64,000 bases of DNA from Minisyncoccota bacterium (GTDB lineage: Bacteria > Patescibacteriota > Minisyncoccia > Phycocordibacterales > CAJQIN01). Each line of letters begins with the position of its first letter. Within the stretch, counting starts at the first letter, position 1. The stretch lies in NCBI GenBank assembly GCA_905478465.1, contig CAJQIN010000002.1, positions 24,312 through 88,311 on the forward strand. The letters run 5' to 3'. Shown here in pieces: positions 25,861 through 35,538 of the stretch. The notes beneath the pieces are model-generated. The model did not search any database. It was not told the DNA's origin and saw only the letters and a program-made list of their open reading frames with translations. A program made the translations under genes and the position numbers.

Positions 25861-26406
25861 CTACACAGCCTTCTTTCCCTGTTTTCGTCTAATAACCTCA
25901 TCATGATATCGAAATCCTTTTCCTTTATATGGTTCCGGCTTCTTCTTTGAACGAAGAGATGCTGTAAATTCTCCTACCATCTCTTTATCAACACCACTTA
26001 CTGTAATCTCATTTTTTTCTGCAGTAACAGTCAGTCCTTCTGGAATAGCAATCTCAACAGGATGTGAGAATCCAAGAGCAAGAGCAAGTACCTTTCCTTT
26101 TACCTCAGACTTGAATCCAACCCCTTCTAGAATAAGCTTCTTTTCATATGCAGTCTGTACTCCTTGAATCATATTTTTCACATGTGAAGCATATGTTCCA
26201 ACAAGTGCTTTTGCAAAAAGAGTTTTTTCTGCTGGCACAAGTGTAATATCTTCTGCAGTTACTTCTACAGAAACATCTTTTTTAAATGTTTTTGAAATTT
26301 CTCCAAGAGGTCCTTTTACTTTGAAGATACCATCAACAAAAGTAACTTCAACATTCTTTGGAATTTCTATAGGTTTTTTAGATAATCTAGACATAATATT
26401 TACCAA
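25861..26406 (-). CDS. rplF: ribosomal protein L6
   Basis: 'MSRLSKKPIEIPKNVEVT'. Confidence 0.9.
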   Translation of the reverse strand: MVNIMSRLSKKPIEIPKNVEVTFVDGIFKVKGPLGEISKTFKKDVSVEVTAEDITLVPAEKTLFAKALVGTYASHVKNMIQGVQTAYEKKLILEGVGFKSEVKGKVLALALGFSHPVEIAIPEGLTVTAEKNEITVSGVDKEMVGEFTASLRSKKKPEPYKGKGFRYHDEVIRRKQGKKAV

Positions 26407-26789
26407 ACTTTAAGAATTACCTCTCCACCAACCTTTTTCTCTCGAGCAGATGTATCACTCATAACACCTTCTGGTGTTGAGATAACGTACATAGATCGTC
26501 CTGTCTCTGCAACGTGAAGGTCTTTGAATCCTGCATATCTTCGTTGTGAATACTTTGATACTCGCTGAATACCCTTGATTCGTGGACTTGTACCTACATA
26601 TGCAATACTAATTTCAAGACTCTTTCGAGTATCTTTTCCTGATTTTTCAACAGCCTTTACGTAACCCGCTTTAAGAAGGGTCTCAGCAATTGCGTGCTTT
26701 AATTTTGAATACTGTAATACAACCGACTCCTTTTGGACGGCACCTGCATTTCGTATTTGTGTAATCATGTCTGCTACTGGATCTGTCAT
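26400..26789 (-). CDS. rpsH: ribosomal protein S8
   Basis: 'DPVADMITQIRNAGAVQKESV'. Confidence 0.9.
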   Translation of the reverse strand: MTDPVADMITQIRNAGAVQKESVVLQYSKLKHAIAETLLKAGYVKAVEKSGKDTRKSLEISIAYVGTSPRIKGIQRVSKYSQRRYAGFKDLHVAETGRSMYVISTPEGVMSDTSAREKKVGGEVILKVW

Positions 26790-26823
26790 AATATATTCGA
26801 GGTAGTATCGTTCAAAGAACGAC

Positions 26824-27093
26824 TTACCAAGATGCTTTCTTTACACCTGGGATTTTACCCTCATTAGCTAATTTTCTAAACTCGATACGGTTTATACCAA
26901 AATCTCTCATATAACCTCGAGAACGCCCACTCAAAAAACATCGATTCTTTAATCGTGAGGGTGATGAATTCAAAGGAAGTGCCTGTAATGCAACAAGGTC
27001 ACCCTTCTTCTTCAACTCAGCTCGCTTCTCTGCATATTTTGCAATAAGCTTTGCTCGTTTTTCGTCTCGTGTAATACTTGATTTTTTTGCCAT
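26824..27093 (-). CDS. rpsN: ribosomal protein S14
   Basis: 89 aa; '[15 protein letters not shown]' and a '[11 protein letters not shown]' C-terminus. Confidence 0.8.
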   Translation of the reverse strand: MAKKSSITRDEKRAKLIAKYAEKRAELKKKGDLVALQALPLNSSPSRLKNRCFLSGRSRGYMRDFGINRIEFRKLANEGKIPGVKKASW

Positions 27094-27571
27094 AATAAAT
27101 GTATGTATTTACCCCTTAGGGCAAATAAAAACCGCATCAAATGCGTACCAGCTATACTACACAAAGAGGTATGTGATGTCAACAACAGGCTTACTAAAAA
27201 GCTTATTTGTCTAAAAATTTACAACAAATAAACATTGACTCCTGTACAAAAACGTCCTCTACACACCTTATCCCCAAAAATACCCCACTTATACACCAAT
27301 ATTCCACATATTATCCCCCAAAACACACATTGACTTTTAAAAGAAATAAAATAGACAATATATACAGGTATCCTTCTCTCAAAGATGTTCTACATAATAA
27401 TTTATAATAAAGGGCTTTAACGTATACATATTCCGCTGAATATGTATCCAGAGCACCGCAATAATATAATAAGAACTTTTCTTCGGTAGGGATACCTTCC
27501 CACCAAAAAACCACATCTTCAACAGTTTTATGAGGGCTGTCACCAGAAGAAGTGGTTTTTGGTTTTCATAC

Positions 27572-27605
27572 AAAAAAATCCACTAGCTACACTAGTGGAT
27601 TTTTA
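27572..27605. terminator. bidirectional terminator after rplE
   Basis: ATCCACTAG-CTACA-CTAGTGGAT flanked by an A-run and a T-run. Confidence 0.6.
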
Positions 27606-27622
27606 ATTAGAATGTATTAAAA

Positions 27623-28156
27623 CTATTTTTTAAACGGCATTCCAAGATGAGAAAGTAATTCAAATGAATCTTCTTTGGTCTTTGCTGTTGTAACAAAGGT
27701 AATAGACATACCAAAAATATCTCGAATGTCTTCATCTGCAGTTTCAGGAAAAATAGTATGCTCTTTAATTCCCATAGTATAGTTACCCATAGCATCAATT
27801 CCATCTGGAGAAACTCCTCGGAAGTCCTTGGTTCGGGGAAGAGCAATATGTATAAGCTTATCCATAAAATCAACCATTCGTTGTCCTCGTAGAGTTACTT
27901 GGTATCCAACAATATCCCCTTCTCGAAGCTTAAAGGCAGCCACAGATTTCTTTGCAGGATTCTTTACAGGACGTTGTCCAGTAATTTTCATGATTCGATC
28001 TTCGATAAGCTTAATCTTATTCTTATCTTTTACTGACCCTATACCTGTAGATACCACAATTCGTGTCACCTTAGGTGTTTGCATGATATTTGAAAGAGAA
28101 AGTTTTTCTTTCAAGGTATTAAATGTTTGTGCGATTTTTTCTGTTGTAAGTTCCAT
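27623..28156 (-). CDS. rplE: ribosomal protein L5
   Basis: 177 aa, L5 family. Confidence 0.9.
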   Translation of the reverse strand: MELTTEKIAQTFNTLKEKLSLSNIMQTPKVTRIVVSTGIGSVKDKNKIKLIEDRIMKITGQRPVKNPAKKSVAAFKLREGDIVGYQVTLRGQRMVDFMDKLIHIALPRTKDFRGVSPDGIDAMGNYTMGIKEHTIFPETADEDIRDIFGMSITFVTTAKTKEDSFELLSHLGMPFKK

Positions 28157-28166
28157 AATAAATATG

Positions 28167-28406
28167 CTATTTTTTTGCTGTTTTTTCCTTTACCACAAGC
28201 TTCACATTCGAAACATGTATTGGCATTGCCATCTCAACAATCTCCCCTTTCTTGCCTTGTTGTCGTGCACGCTTGTGAACCTTCCGTATGTTCACACCCT
28301 CCACAACCACTCGGTCTTTCGCAGGAATTGCCTGAGAAACTTTTCCAGCCTTCCCCTTATCTTTTCCCGCAATAACTATTACATTGTCTCCTGTCTTGAT
28401 TTTCAT
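28167..28406 (-). CDS. rplX: ribosomal protein L24
   Basis: '[23 protein letters not shown]'; the ORF-track N-terminal extension is removed. Confidence 0.85.
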   Translation of the reverse strand: MKIKTGDNVIVIAGKDKGKAGKVSQAIPAKDRVVVEGVNIRKVHKRARQQGKKGEIVEMAMPIHVSNVKLVVKEKTAKK

Positions 28407-28413
28407 AATATAT

Positions 28414-28785
28414 TTAGATAACTTCTGGTGCTCGAGAAATAATTGTTTGGTATCCAAGATCTGACAATTCTCGTGGTACGGGACCAAAGATACGTCCAGC
28501 AATAGGCTCTTTTCCTTTCTTTTCAACAAGCACTACTGAATTTTCATCAAATCGTACGTATGATCCATCTTTTCGTCGGAAAGCCTTCTTCTGTCGAACA
28601 ACAACAGCATGGTGAATGTCTTTCTTCTTTACAGCCTTTCGTGGTTCTGCTTTTTGTACAGAAACAACCACAAGCTCACCGATACTTGCATATCGCTTTT
28701 TTGAAGCACCTAGCACCTTAAACACGCGAGCAATCTTTGCTCCAGAATTATCAGTAACTTTAACTATTGATTGTGGTTGGATCAT
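28414..28785 (-). CDS. rplN: ribosomal protein L14
   Basis: '[17 protein letters not shown]'. Confidence 0.9.
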   Translation of the reverse strand: MIQPQSIVKVTDNSGAKIARVFKVLGASKKRYASIGELVVVSVQKAEPRKAVKKKDIHHAVVVRQKKAFRRKDGSYVRFDENSVVLVEKKGKEPIAGRIFGPVPRELSDLGYQTIISRAPEVI

Positions 28786-28790
28786 AAATA

Positions 28791-29075
28791 TTATTTAACC
28801 TGCTCCTGAACTACCTGAAAATGCTTATTCTTTGAAATTGGCTTTGTTTGCTCAATTTCAACTTTATCTCCGATTTTCTTTGTATTACCAGCATCATGAA
28901 CCTGATACTTCTTTCGTGAATTAATATACTTACCGTATTTAGGATGCTTTGTGTATCGAGAAACCTCAACAACAATAGTATCTTGCATCTTATCAGAAGT
29001 AACCACCCCTTGAAGTGTCTTTTGTTTCTTTACAGTAGATACTGCCTCTTTTGTTGTTTGTTTCTCAGTTGTCAT
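28791..29075 (-). CDS. rpsQ: ribosomal protein S17
   Basis: 'LQGVVTSDKMQDTIVVEV'. Confidence 0.85.
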   Translation of the reverse strand: MTTEKQTTKEAVSTVKKQKTLQGVVTSDKMQDTIVVEVSRYTKHPKYGKYINSRKKYQVHDAGNTKKIGDKVEIEQTKPISKNKHFQVVQEQVK

Positions 29076-29077
29076 GA

Positions 29078-29263
29078 TTATGTATTTTTTCGTGAATTAA
29101 GTTCAGTCAATATTCTAGCAACATCTCGTCGAAGAACCTTTGCCTGCTTCATGTCCTTTAGTTTACTCCCAGCAATATTGAACCGAAACTCTCTTAAAGC
29201 TACTCGCTTTTCAAGAAGTTCTGTATGTAGTTCTTTTTCGCTTTTTTTTACTAAGGTAGACAT
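29078..29263 (-). CDS. rpmC: ribosomal protein L29
   Basis: 61 aa, 'ELHTELLEKRVALREFRF'. Confidence 0.75.
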   Translation of the reverse strand: MSTLVKKSEKELHTELLEKRVALREFRFNIAGSKLKDMKQAKVLRRDVARILTELNSRKNT

Positions 29264-29373
29264 ATAAATTTTTGGGTGAAATGAGCTCTATATCATTTCT
29301 GCTTACTTACGCTATATTACTTATTTTTATTATAATTTCAACTCTATTTTCACTTTGATTCAAAAAACAAAAA

Positions 29374-29799
29374 CTATACTCTAGCAACAAACTTTGTTTT
29401 TACTGGCAACTTTGTACCAGCTTTCCGCATTGCTTCTCTGGCATCAACTTCATTTAGTCCGTCAATTTCAAACATTACTCGTCCTGGCTTCACTGGAACA
29501 ACATACCCAACCAAATCTCCTTTTCCTTTACCAAGCTTTACCTGTGCAGGCTTCTTGGTATAAGGCATATCAGGAAAGATTCGAATCCAAACTTTACCTG
29601 TTTTTCCTGAAGCTCTAGAAAGAATCTTTCTTGTAGCTTCAAGTTGGTTTGAAGTGATACGTCCAGGCTGCATTGCCTTAAGACCAAATGAACCAAAGGA
29701 AACCTTTGTTCCACGACTAGCAACACCAATTTTATCTGGATGTTCTCTGAAAGTTTGCCACTTTCGATGTTTTACTTTTTTAGGAAAAAATTGACTCAT
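29374..29799 (-). CDS. rplP: ribosomal protein L16
   Basis: 'VSFGSFGLKAMQPGRITSNQLEATRK'. Confidence 0.9.
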   Translation of the reverse strand: MSQFFPKKVKHRKWQTFREHPDKIGVASRGTKVSFGSFGLKAMQPGRITSNQLEATRKILSRASGKTGKVWIRIFPDMPYTKKPAQVKLGKGKGDLVGYVVPVKPGRVMFEIDGLNEVDAREAMRKAGTKLPVKTKFVARV

Positions 29800-29801
29800 G
29801 A

Positions 29802-30467
29802 TTATTTCTTATTATCCTCAAAAACTTCTCCTTTATAAATCCAAACCTTTATACCCAGTGAGTCATACGGAAGAAATGCTTCTGTATGAGAATAATCAAT
29901 ATCAGCTCGGAATGTCTGAAGTGGCACTTGTCCCTTTCGTAGTTTTTCTCTTCGAGCCATTTCCGCTCCTCCAAGTCGTCCCGAAAGTTCGATCTTCACT
30001 CCTTTTACATCTCTATTTGCAAGAGTTTTTTCAACAGTCTGCTTCATAACTCGTCTAAATGGCATTCTTCTTTCAAGAGATTCAGCAATCATTTGTCCAA
30101 CGATGGTAGCATTTGATTCAGGAGATTTTACATCCTCAATATCAATTCTTACATCTTCATGTTTAAACAAATCATGTTTTGCGATAAGAGCATGAACATC
30201 ATCTCGAAGCTTAGTACTTCCTTCTCCATTACGTCCAATAACCATTCCTGGTCGAGATGTTTTGATAATAATTCGAAGAACTTTTTCACTTCGCTCCATT
30301 TCAATATCAGCAACAAAGTTACCTTTGAGTCTTTTTGCAAGAAATGTTCGCAACATCAAGTCTCCTTTTAGATAAGCTTGATATTGTCCTTTTTCAGCAA
30401 ACCAACGCGACTTCCAGTCTCGAATGATCCCCAATCTATGTGCATATGGATGTACTACGTGTGTCAT
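29802..30467 (-). CDS. rpsC: ribosomal protein S3
   Basis: KH domain followed by the S3 C-terminal domain. Confidence 0.9.
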   Translation of the reverse strand: MTHVVHPYAHRLGIIRDWKSRWFAEKGQYQAYLKGDLMLRTFLAKRLKGNFVADIEMERSEKVLRIIIKTSRPGMVIGRNGEGSTKLRDDVHALIAKHDLFKHEDVRIDIEDVKSPESNATIVGQMIAESLERRMPFRRVMKQTVEKTLANRDVKGVKIELSGRLGGAEMARREKLRKGQVPLQTFRADIDYSHTEAFLPYDSLGIKVWIYKGEVFEDNKK

Positions 30468-30472
30468 GGTAA

Positions 30473-30853
30473 TTAATTTTTAGCCGTTAGTTCAAGAGTA
30501 ATATGACTTGTTCGCTTTCGGATAGGCGCAGCATTTCCTCGTGCTCGTGCTCGTCGTCTGTATAAAATAGCACCTTCATCAACAGAAGCTTTACTGATCA
30601 TAAGACCCTCTTTTTCCATTCCTTTGTCTTTTGCATTAGCAATAGCCGATTCCAAAAGCTTTTGTATTGGAAGTGCTGCTCGTTTATCTGCAAACTGTAA
30701 AACAGTCAAAGCATTATCAATATTTTTTCCTCGAATAGCATCAACAACCAAACGAACCTTTCGTGGAGATTGTCTATATGATTTCAAGATAGCTTTTGCA
30801 GTATCTTTCTCAACAAGAGTTTCTGTATTTTTTTGTGTTTTTGCTGTTGCCAT
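30473..30853 (-). CDS. rplV: ribosomal protein L22
   Basis: 'SPRKVRLVVDAIRGKNIDNALTVLQF'. Confidence 0.85.
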   Translation of the reverse strand: MATAKTQKNTETLVEKDTAKAILKSYRQSPRKVRLVVDAIRGKNIDNALTVLQFADKRAALPIQKLLESAIANAKDKGMEKEGLMISKASVDEGAILYRRRARARGNAAPIRKRTSHITLELTAKN

Positions 30854-30876
30854 TATAGTGTCAGAAATATCCTAAA

Positions 30877-31218
30877 TTATTTCTTTGAGTCAGTAGATGC
30901 CTTAGCTGCTTTTGCTGCTGCAATTTCTGATTCTTTTGCCTTAGTCTCAAGCTCCTTCTGCATTTTTCCTCCATGTCGATAGAATTTTCGAGTATGAGAG
31001 AATTCTCCGAGCCGATGCCCTACCATGTCTTCTGTTACAAAAACAGGAAGATGCTCTCTTCCATTGTGTACACCAAATGTAAAACCAATCATCTCTGGTG
31101 CAATTTGACTACCTCGTGCCCATGTTTTTATAACCCCAGTTTCAGTTGGAGTTTTTCCAGCAATCTTCTGTAGAAGACGCTCATATACGTATGGTCCTTT
31201 TTTTAGTGATCGTGTCAT
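30877..31218 (-). CDS. rpsS: ribosomal protein S19 (with C-terminal extension)
   Basis: '[11 protein letters not shown]...[16 protein letters not shown]'; the ORF-track N-terminal extension is removed. Confidence 0.85.
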   Translation of the reverse strand: MTRSLKKGPYVYERLLQKIAGKTPTETGVIKTWARGSQIAPEMIGFTFGVHNGREHLPVFVTEDMVGHRLGEFSHTRKFYRHGGKMQKELETKAKESEIAAAKAAKASTDSKK

Positions 31219-31443
31219 AAAATGTAACAAAAAACAGCGGAAAAGCTGTGTAGGCACTATCTTATACGAAGCACAAGGAGATGTCAACATCATAATATGT
31301 ACTCAGTTTTTTATATTCGATATGTGGCAAATATAAACTACAAAATATATTGACAACACCAGTTATAAGTAGTATGATAGCAAACAGAAGTCAGTCGCAA
31401 AGTGCGAAAGACTAAACAAAAGGTTCTTTTAAAGGAGAATGCT

Positions 31444-32412
31444 ATGCAAAATCTGCAAGCAACACAAGAATATCCTCACTATCGAATCGAGAGGATTATC
31501 ACTCACCGGTGGCCACATCTCGATGAGATACTGGCTATTATTCTACTCATGCAAGAAGGGAAACGTAAATTCCCAGGAATATCTAAAGCCAGAATTGAAT
31601 ATAGTAGGGCTGGTGAACAGCCCGAAGGGAAAAGTTCCGAAAAACACCTCGAAGAAGGTACTCTTCTCATTGGCCTTGGAGGTGGAATATTTGACGAACA
31701 CCCGACTATAGAAGGTGGCGTTCGGAAAAAGGGCGAATCTGCGTGCTCGTTGGTTGCCAAATCTTTAGGCATCGACAAACACCCTCTTTACAAAGACCTT
31801 GTAAAAAAGGTGACTCAGGCAGACCTATCTGGCGTTGACATGCTTCACATTGCCAATGAATTAAAAAGGCGATATCGTCTAAATCCGCACAACCAAGAAG
31901 CAGGTATCCACTTCGGACAAGACTGTATCTACAATCTTTTGGAACAACAAAGGCTGTTCTTAGAGGCAATAAAAATTTGCCAGCACCCTGACAGACAAGC
32001 ATTGGCTGTAAATTTTCCATGCCTTAAGGTTATTTTTGTAAAATCAGACAACTTTATGGTTCCAGCAGCAGCCAGATACCTGAAAATTGACGTTGTCATT
32101 CAACGCAATGAATCTGGAAATGTTCAAATTTTCACCACTTCTCCGATCGACATCAAAATGGATACTGTGGCATGTGCCTTACGCTGTGCAGAAATTGATA
32201 TTGTTATTGAAGAACTCTCAGAAAAAGAGTTAAGTCACTTCAGCGAGGATGGCAAAATACCCGAATCCCCTCTATGGTATCTACAAGTTCCTGGTGACAA
32301 CATCCTGAATGGAAGTGAAACAACACCGGACACTCCGGCCACGGGACTCAAATACCACCAGATTTTCGGCCTGGTCAGAGAGTATGTCCGTAAAAATGGA
32401 AAAGTTGAATAA
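31444..32412 (+). CDS. metal-dependent hydrolase, MYG1/UPF0160-like (tentative)
   Basis: AAGGAG 6 nt upstream; N-terminal 'ITHRWPHLDEILAIILL' resembles the MYG1 THxxxxHxDEALA metal site. Sits on the opposite strand inside the S10 operon. Confidence 0.4.
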   Translation: MQNLQATQEYPHYRIERIITHRWPHLDEILAIILLMQEGKRKFPGISKARIEYSRAGEQPEGKSSEKHLEEGTLLIGLGGGIFDEHPTIEGGVRKKGESACSLVAKSLGIDKHPLYKDLVKKVTQADLSGVDMLHIANELKRRYRLNPHNQEAGIHFGQDCIYNLLEQQRLFLEAIKICQHPDRQALAVNFPCLKVIFVKSDNFMVPAAARYLKIDVVIQRNESGNVQIFTTSPIDIKMDTVACALRCAEIDIVIEELSEKELSHFSEDGKIPESPLWYLQVPGDNILNGSETTPDTPATGLKYHQIFGLVREYVRKNGKVE

Positions 32413-32446
32413 GAATCTAATTTTATTCAAGTCAACATTCCATTCA

Positions 32447-32476
32447 GAACCCCAAATAAACGGGGTTCTTTTTTTA
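32447..32476 (+). terminator. terminator of the + strand insert gene
   Basis: GAACCCC-AAATAAA-GGGGTTC then TTTTTTT. Confidence 0.6.
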
Positions 32477-32490
32477 TATAAAAAACTATT

Positions 32491-32522
32491 AAAAAACAGT
32501 ACGTATTTCGTACTGTTTTTTA
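32491..32522. terminator. bidirectional terminator downstream of rplB
   Basis: AAAAAACAGTACG-TATTT-CGTACTGTTTTTT. Confidence 0.6.
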
Positions 32523-32524
32523 AT

Positions 32525-33367
32525 CTATCGCTTCTTCCCAACCTTTCGACGAGAAACAATAAGTCGATTTGAGTATTTCTTTGGTGTTCGTGTCTTCTCT
32601 CCCTTTCCAACAGATTTTCCCCATGGTGACTTCACTCGCTTTCGTTTTCCTCTTCCCTTTGCCTCTCCACCTCCTTGTGGATGGTCAACAGAGTTCATAG
32701 CACGTCCTCTAACAGTTGGTCTGATGCCTCTCCATCGGTTTCTTCCTGCCTTTCCTTGCTTCTCTAGACGCTTTTCTGGGTTTGATACCTCTCCAATAGA
32801 AGCCCATGCTATTTCAGGCACTTTTCGAATCTCAGACGATGGCATTTTTATATCAACATATCCTGCATCTCGTGCAAGAATTTCTACATAGTCTCCTGCA
32901 GAACGTGCAAGTCTTGCTCCAGCTCCTGGTTTTAATTCTACGTTATATATAAATGTTCCAAGTGGAATGTTTTTCAACATTGCCCGGTTTCCTGGCTCAA
33001 TTGGAGCTGTCTCAGAAATGATAAGTTTTGTTCCAGCTGTAACAGCTTGTGGAAGAAGTACATATCGTTTTTCTCCATCTGCATACACAGCAAGACCGAT
33101 AAACCCTGTTCGATACGGATCATACTCAACAGACTTAATTGTCATTGGAATATCTTTCTTTTCAAATTTAAAATCAACCAATCGGTATCGTCTCTTATGT
33201 CCACCTCCTTGGTGACGCGTTGTTACACGACCATATGAGTTTCGTCCAGCTCTCTGGGAAGCTCCTTTTACAAGAGATTTAAGTGGTGTACTTGTTGTCA
33301 AAACACCCCGATATGTAATCGTTGTTTTTCCTCGTGTTCCTGGTGTTACTGGTTTATGTGTTTTCAT
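32525..33367 (-). CDS. rplB: ribosomal protein L2
   Basis: 280 aa, 'SVDHPQGGGEAKGRG'. Confidence 0.92.
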   Translation of the reverse strand: MKTHKPVTPGTRGKTTITYRGVLTTSTPLKSLVKGASQRAGRNSYGRVTTRHQGGGHKRRYRLVDFKFEKKDIPMTIKSVEYDPYRTGFIGLAVYADGEKRYVLLPQAVTAGTKLIISETAPIEPGNRAMLKNIPLGTFIYNVELKPGAGARLARSAGDYVEILARDAGYVDIKMPSSEIRKVPEIAWASIGEVSNPEKRLEKQGKAGRNRWRGIRPTVRGRAMNSVDHPQGGGEAKGRGKRKRVKSPWGKSVGKGEKTRTPKKYSNRLIVSRRKVGKKR

Positions 33368-33377
33368 ATGTTTCTAT

Positions 33378-33746
33378 TTATACTAATTCGATAGTATCTC
33401 CTTTTTTAAGATAAATATATGCTTTCTTTCCTCCTCCTCGCATGCCCCACTTTCCTCGAGAGAACTTTTTCTTTTTAGGAATCTTTACAGTATTGATTTT
33501 TACAGGAGTTACTTTGTACAAAGACTGTATTGCAAGAGAGATTCTTCGCTTTGTGGCATCTTGTGTCACTTCGAAGGTATAAACACCGCTCTCGGCCTTA
33601 AATGAAGCTTTCTCAGTCACTCGTGGACGAAGAAGAACTGCTGCAATATCAATTGGTCCTCGAACTTTTCCTTTTACTACCGAAGCAACAACTTTTTTGT
33701 CTTCAACTTGTTCTGTATTTTTTTGTGTTTTTGCAAAAAGTGCCAT
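33378..33746 (-). CDS. rplW: ribosomal protein L23
   Basis: 'VLLRPRVTEKASF'. Confidence 0.8.
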   Translation of the reverse strand: MALFAKTQKNTEQVEDKKVVASVVKGKVRGPIDIAAVLLRPRVTEKASFKAESGVYTFEVTQDATKRRISLAIQSLYKVTPVKINTVKIPKKKKFSRGKWGMRGGGKKAYIYLKKGDTIELV

Positions 33747-33748
33747 AT

Positions 33749-34423
33749 TTATTTCTTTGAAACGGTTAATCTACTCTCCAAATTTTCAATTGTTGCTTTT
33801 GGATCTACAAAAACAATATATGCATATGAAAGAACGTCAACAGTATTGAGGTTTCTAACCTCGTCTATTTCAACATTACCCATATTATTAAAACTTTTCT
33901 TGATTTCAAGATTATTTTCTGGTATCAAAAATAATGCTGTATTTGTTTTTTTAGTAGTAAATTTCTCATACCCTTTTATAGTAGCAAGAGCATCTACAAT
34001 ACTTTTTGCCTGAGAGGTCTTTGGTGCATCAAATGAAAGAGTATCTACAAAAAGAACTTCTCCATCTTTTACCTTTCTTGAAAGAGCAGTATAAAGAGAT
34101 TTTGCTTTCATTTTCTTATTCAATTTTTTTGCAAAAATACGCTCATTTGTTGGACCATGTGCAACTCCACCACCAACCCAAATAGGAGAACGACTTGAAC
34201 CATGTCGAGCTCGTCCTGTTCCTTTTTGTCTCCATGGCTTTTTACCACCCCCACTCACATCTCCTCGGTCTTTTGTGTGTGCAATAGGATTTCGTGCATT
34301 TGCTTGCATAGAAACTACAACTTGATGAACAAGATCAGCATTCCAAGGAATACCAAATACTCGCTCTGGGAGAGTTACTGTTGCTGTTTCTTTTCCTTTT
34401 TGATTATAAACTTTTGTTTCCAT
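33749..34423 (-). CDS. rplD: ribosomal protein L4
   Basis: 224 aa, L4 family. Confidence 0.85.
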   Translation of the reverse strand: METKVYNQKGKETATVTLPERVFGIPWNADLVHQVVVSMQANARNPIAHTKDRGDVSGGGKKPWRQKGTGRARHGSSRSPIWVGGGVAHGPTNERIFAKKLNKKMKAKSLYTALSRKVKDGEVLFVDTLSFDAPKTSQAKSIVDALATIKGYEKFTTKKTNTALFLIPENNLEIKKSFNNMGNVEIDEVRNLNTVDVLSYAYIVFVDPKATIENLESRLTVSKK

Positions 34424-34427
34424 GATA

Positions 34428-35033
34428 TTATCCTCGAAGTTCTACAAGTGTTCCTCGTCGTCCTGGAACAGCACCCTTAATAAAAAGCATATTGTTTTCT
34501 GCATCAATCTTTACCACCTGCAGATTTGTTGTTGTAACTCGATCAGTTCCCATTCGTCCTGGCATTCTCTGTCCCTTCAACACTCGCTGTATTCCACCAA
34601 TACCAATTGAACCTCCTTCTCGTTCGGAATGCTTTTGTCCATGAGAACGTCGTCCTCCAGCAAAACCATGTCGCTTTACAACACCTTGAAATCCTTTTCC
34701 TTTTGAAATTGCTGATACTCTCACAGTATCTCCTTCTTCAAAAGAAGAAACACTGACAGTATCACCAACCTTTATCTCTCCTACCGGCATTCTAAACTCT
34801 TTAATATATCTGAAATTTCCTAGATCTTTTGTATGACCCTGAACAGCCTTACTAATTCGTTTTACATTCCGTGTACCAAAACCAACCTGAACAGCTTCAT
34901 AGCCATCAGATTCTACTGTCTTCACTTGCGTTACCACAACTGGTCCAGATTGCACAATAGTAACAGGATGCGCATTTCCTTCCGCATCGAATACTTGTGA
35001 CATATTTTGCTTTGTTCCAAGAATAAATTTCAT
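34428..35033 (-). CDS. rplC: ribosomal protein L3
   Basis: 'MKFILGTKQNMSQVFDAEGNAHPVT'. Confidence 0.9.
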   Translation of the reverse strand: MKFILGTKQNMSQVFDAEGNAHPVTIVQSGPVVVTQVKTVESDGYEAVQVGFGTRNVKRISKAVQGHTKDLGNFRYIKEFRMPVGEIKVGDTVSVSSFEEGDTVRVSAISKGKGFQGVVKRHGFAGGRRSHGQKHSEREGGSIGIGGIQRVLKGQRMPGRMGTDRVTTTNLQVVKIDAENNMLFIKGAVPGRRGTLVELRG

Positions 35034-35177
35034 AACCTAATCGTTGAATGTCTATACTACTTATTTTTTTTGACTTGTCTAGAAGAAATTTCTAAAAATG
35101 AAAGTCTTCCTCTATTTTTAATCAACGTATAAGCCCCACTAGCCTTTAAACTAATGGAGCCTAACGTGGATCAAAAA

Positions 35178-35534
35178 CTACATTACCTTCACATCAATCT
35201 TTACTCCAGATGGAAGTGAAAGATTTGTCAGTGATTCGATAATTTTTTGTGAAGGATTTAGGATATCGATCAATCGTCGGTGTACTCTCATTTCAAATTG
35301 TTCTCGCGCGTCCTTGTACACAAACGTTGCTCGGTTAACCGTATATTTTTTGGTATCTGTTGGAAGTGGGATTGGCCCTACTACCTCAGCATCATATCGT
35401 ACAGCAGTATCAATAATCTGCTTTACTGATGCATCAAGAACCTTAGACTCATATGCCTGTATTCGGATACGTAATCGAGGTATAGCATCTGTCTTTGACT
35501 CCTTCTTTTTTGTTGTTTTTGTTCCTGTTGCCAT
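35178..35534 (-). CDS. rpsJ: ribosomal protein S10
   Basis: '[14 protein letters not shown]...GPIPLPT'. Confidence 0.85.
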   Translation of the reverse strand: MATGTKTTKKKESKTDAIPRLRIRIQAYESKVLDASVKQIIDTAVRYDAEVVGPIPLPTDTKKYTVNRATFVYKDAREQFEMRVHRRLIDILNPSQKIIESLTNLSLPSGVKIDVKVM

Positions 35535-35538
35535 AATA

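Noticed and set aside
27207-27573. ORFs 27207..27407(+), 27311..27514(-), 27379..27573(-) in the rplE-rpsN spacer
   Set aside because: Mutually overlapping, low-complexity, without RBS; the spacer is treated as noncoding.
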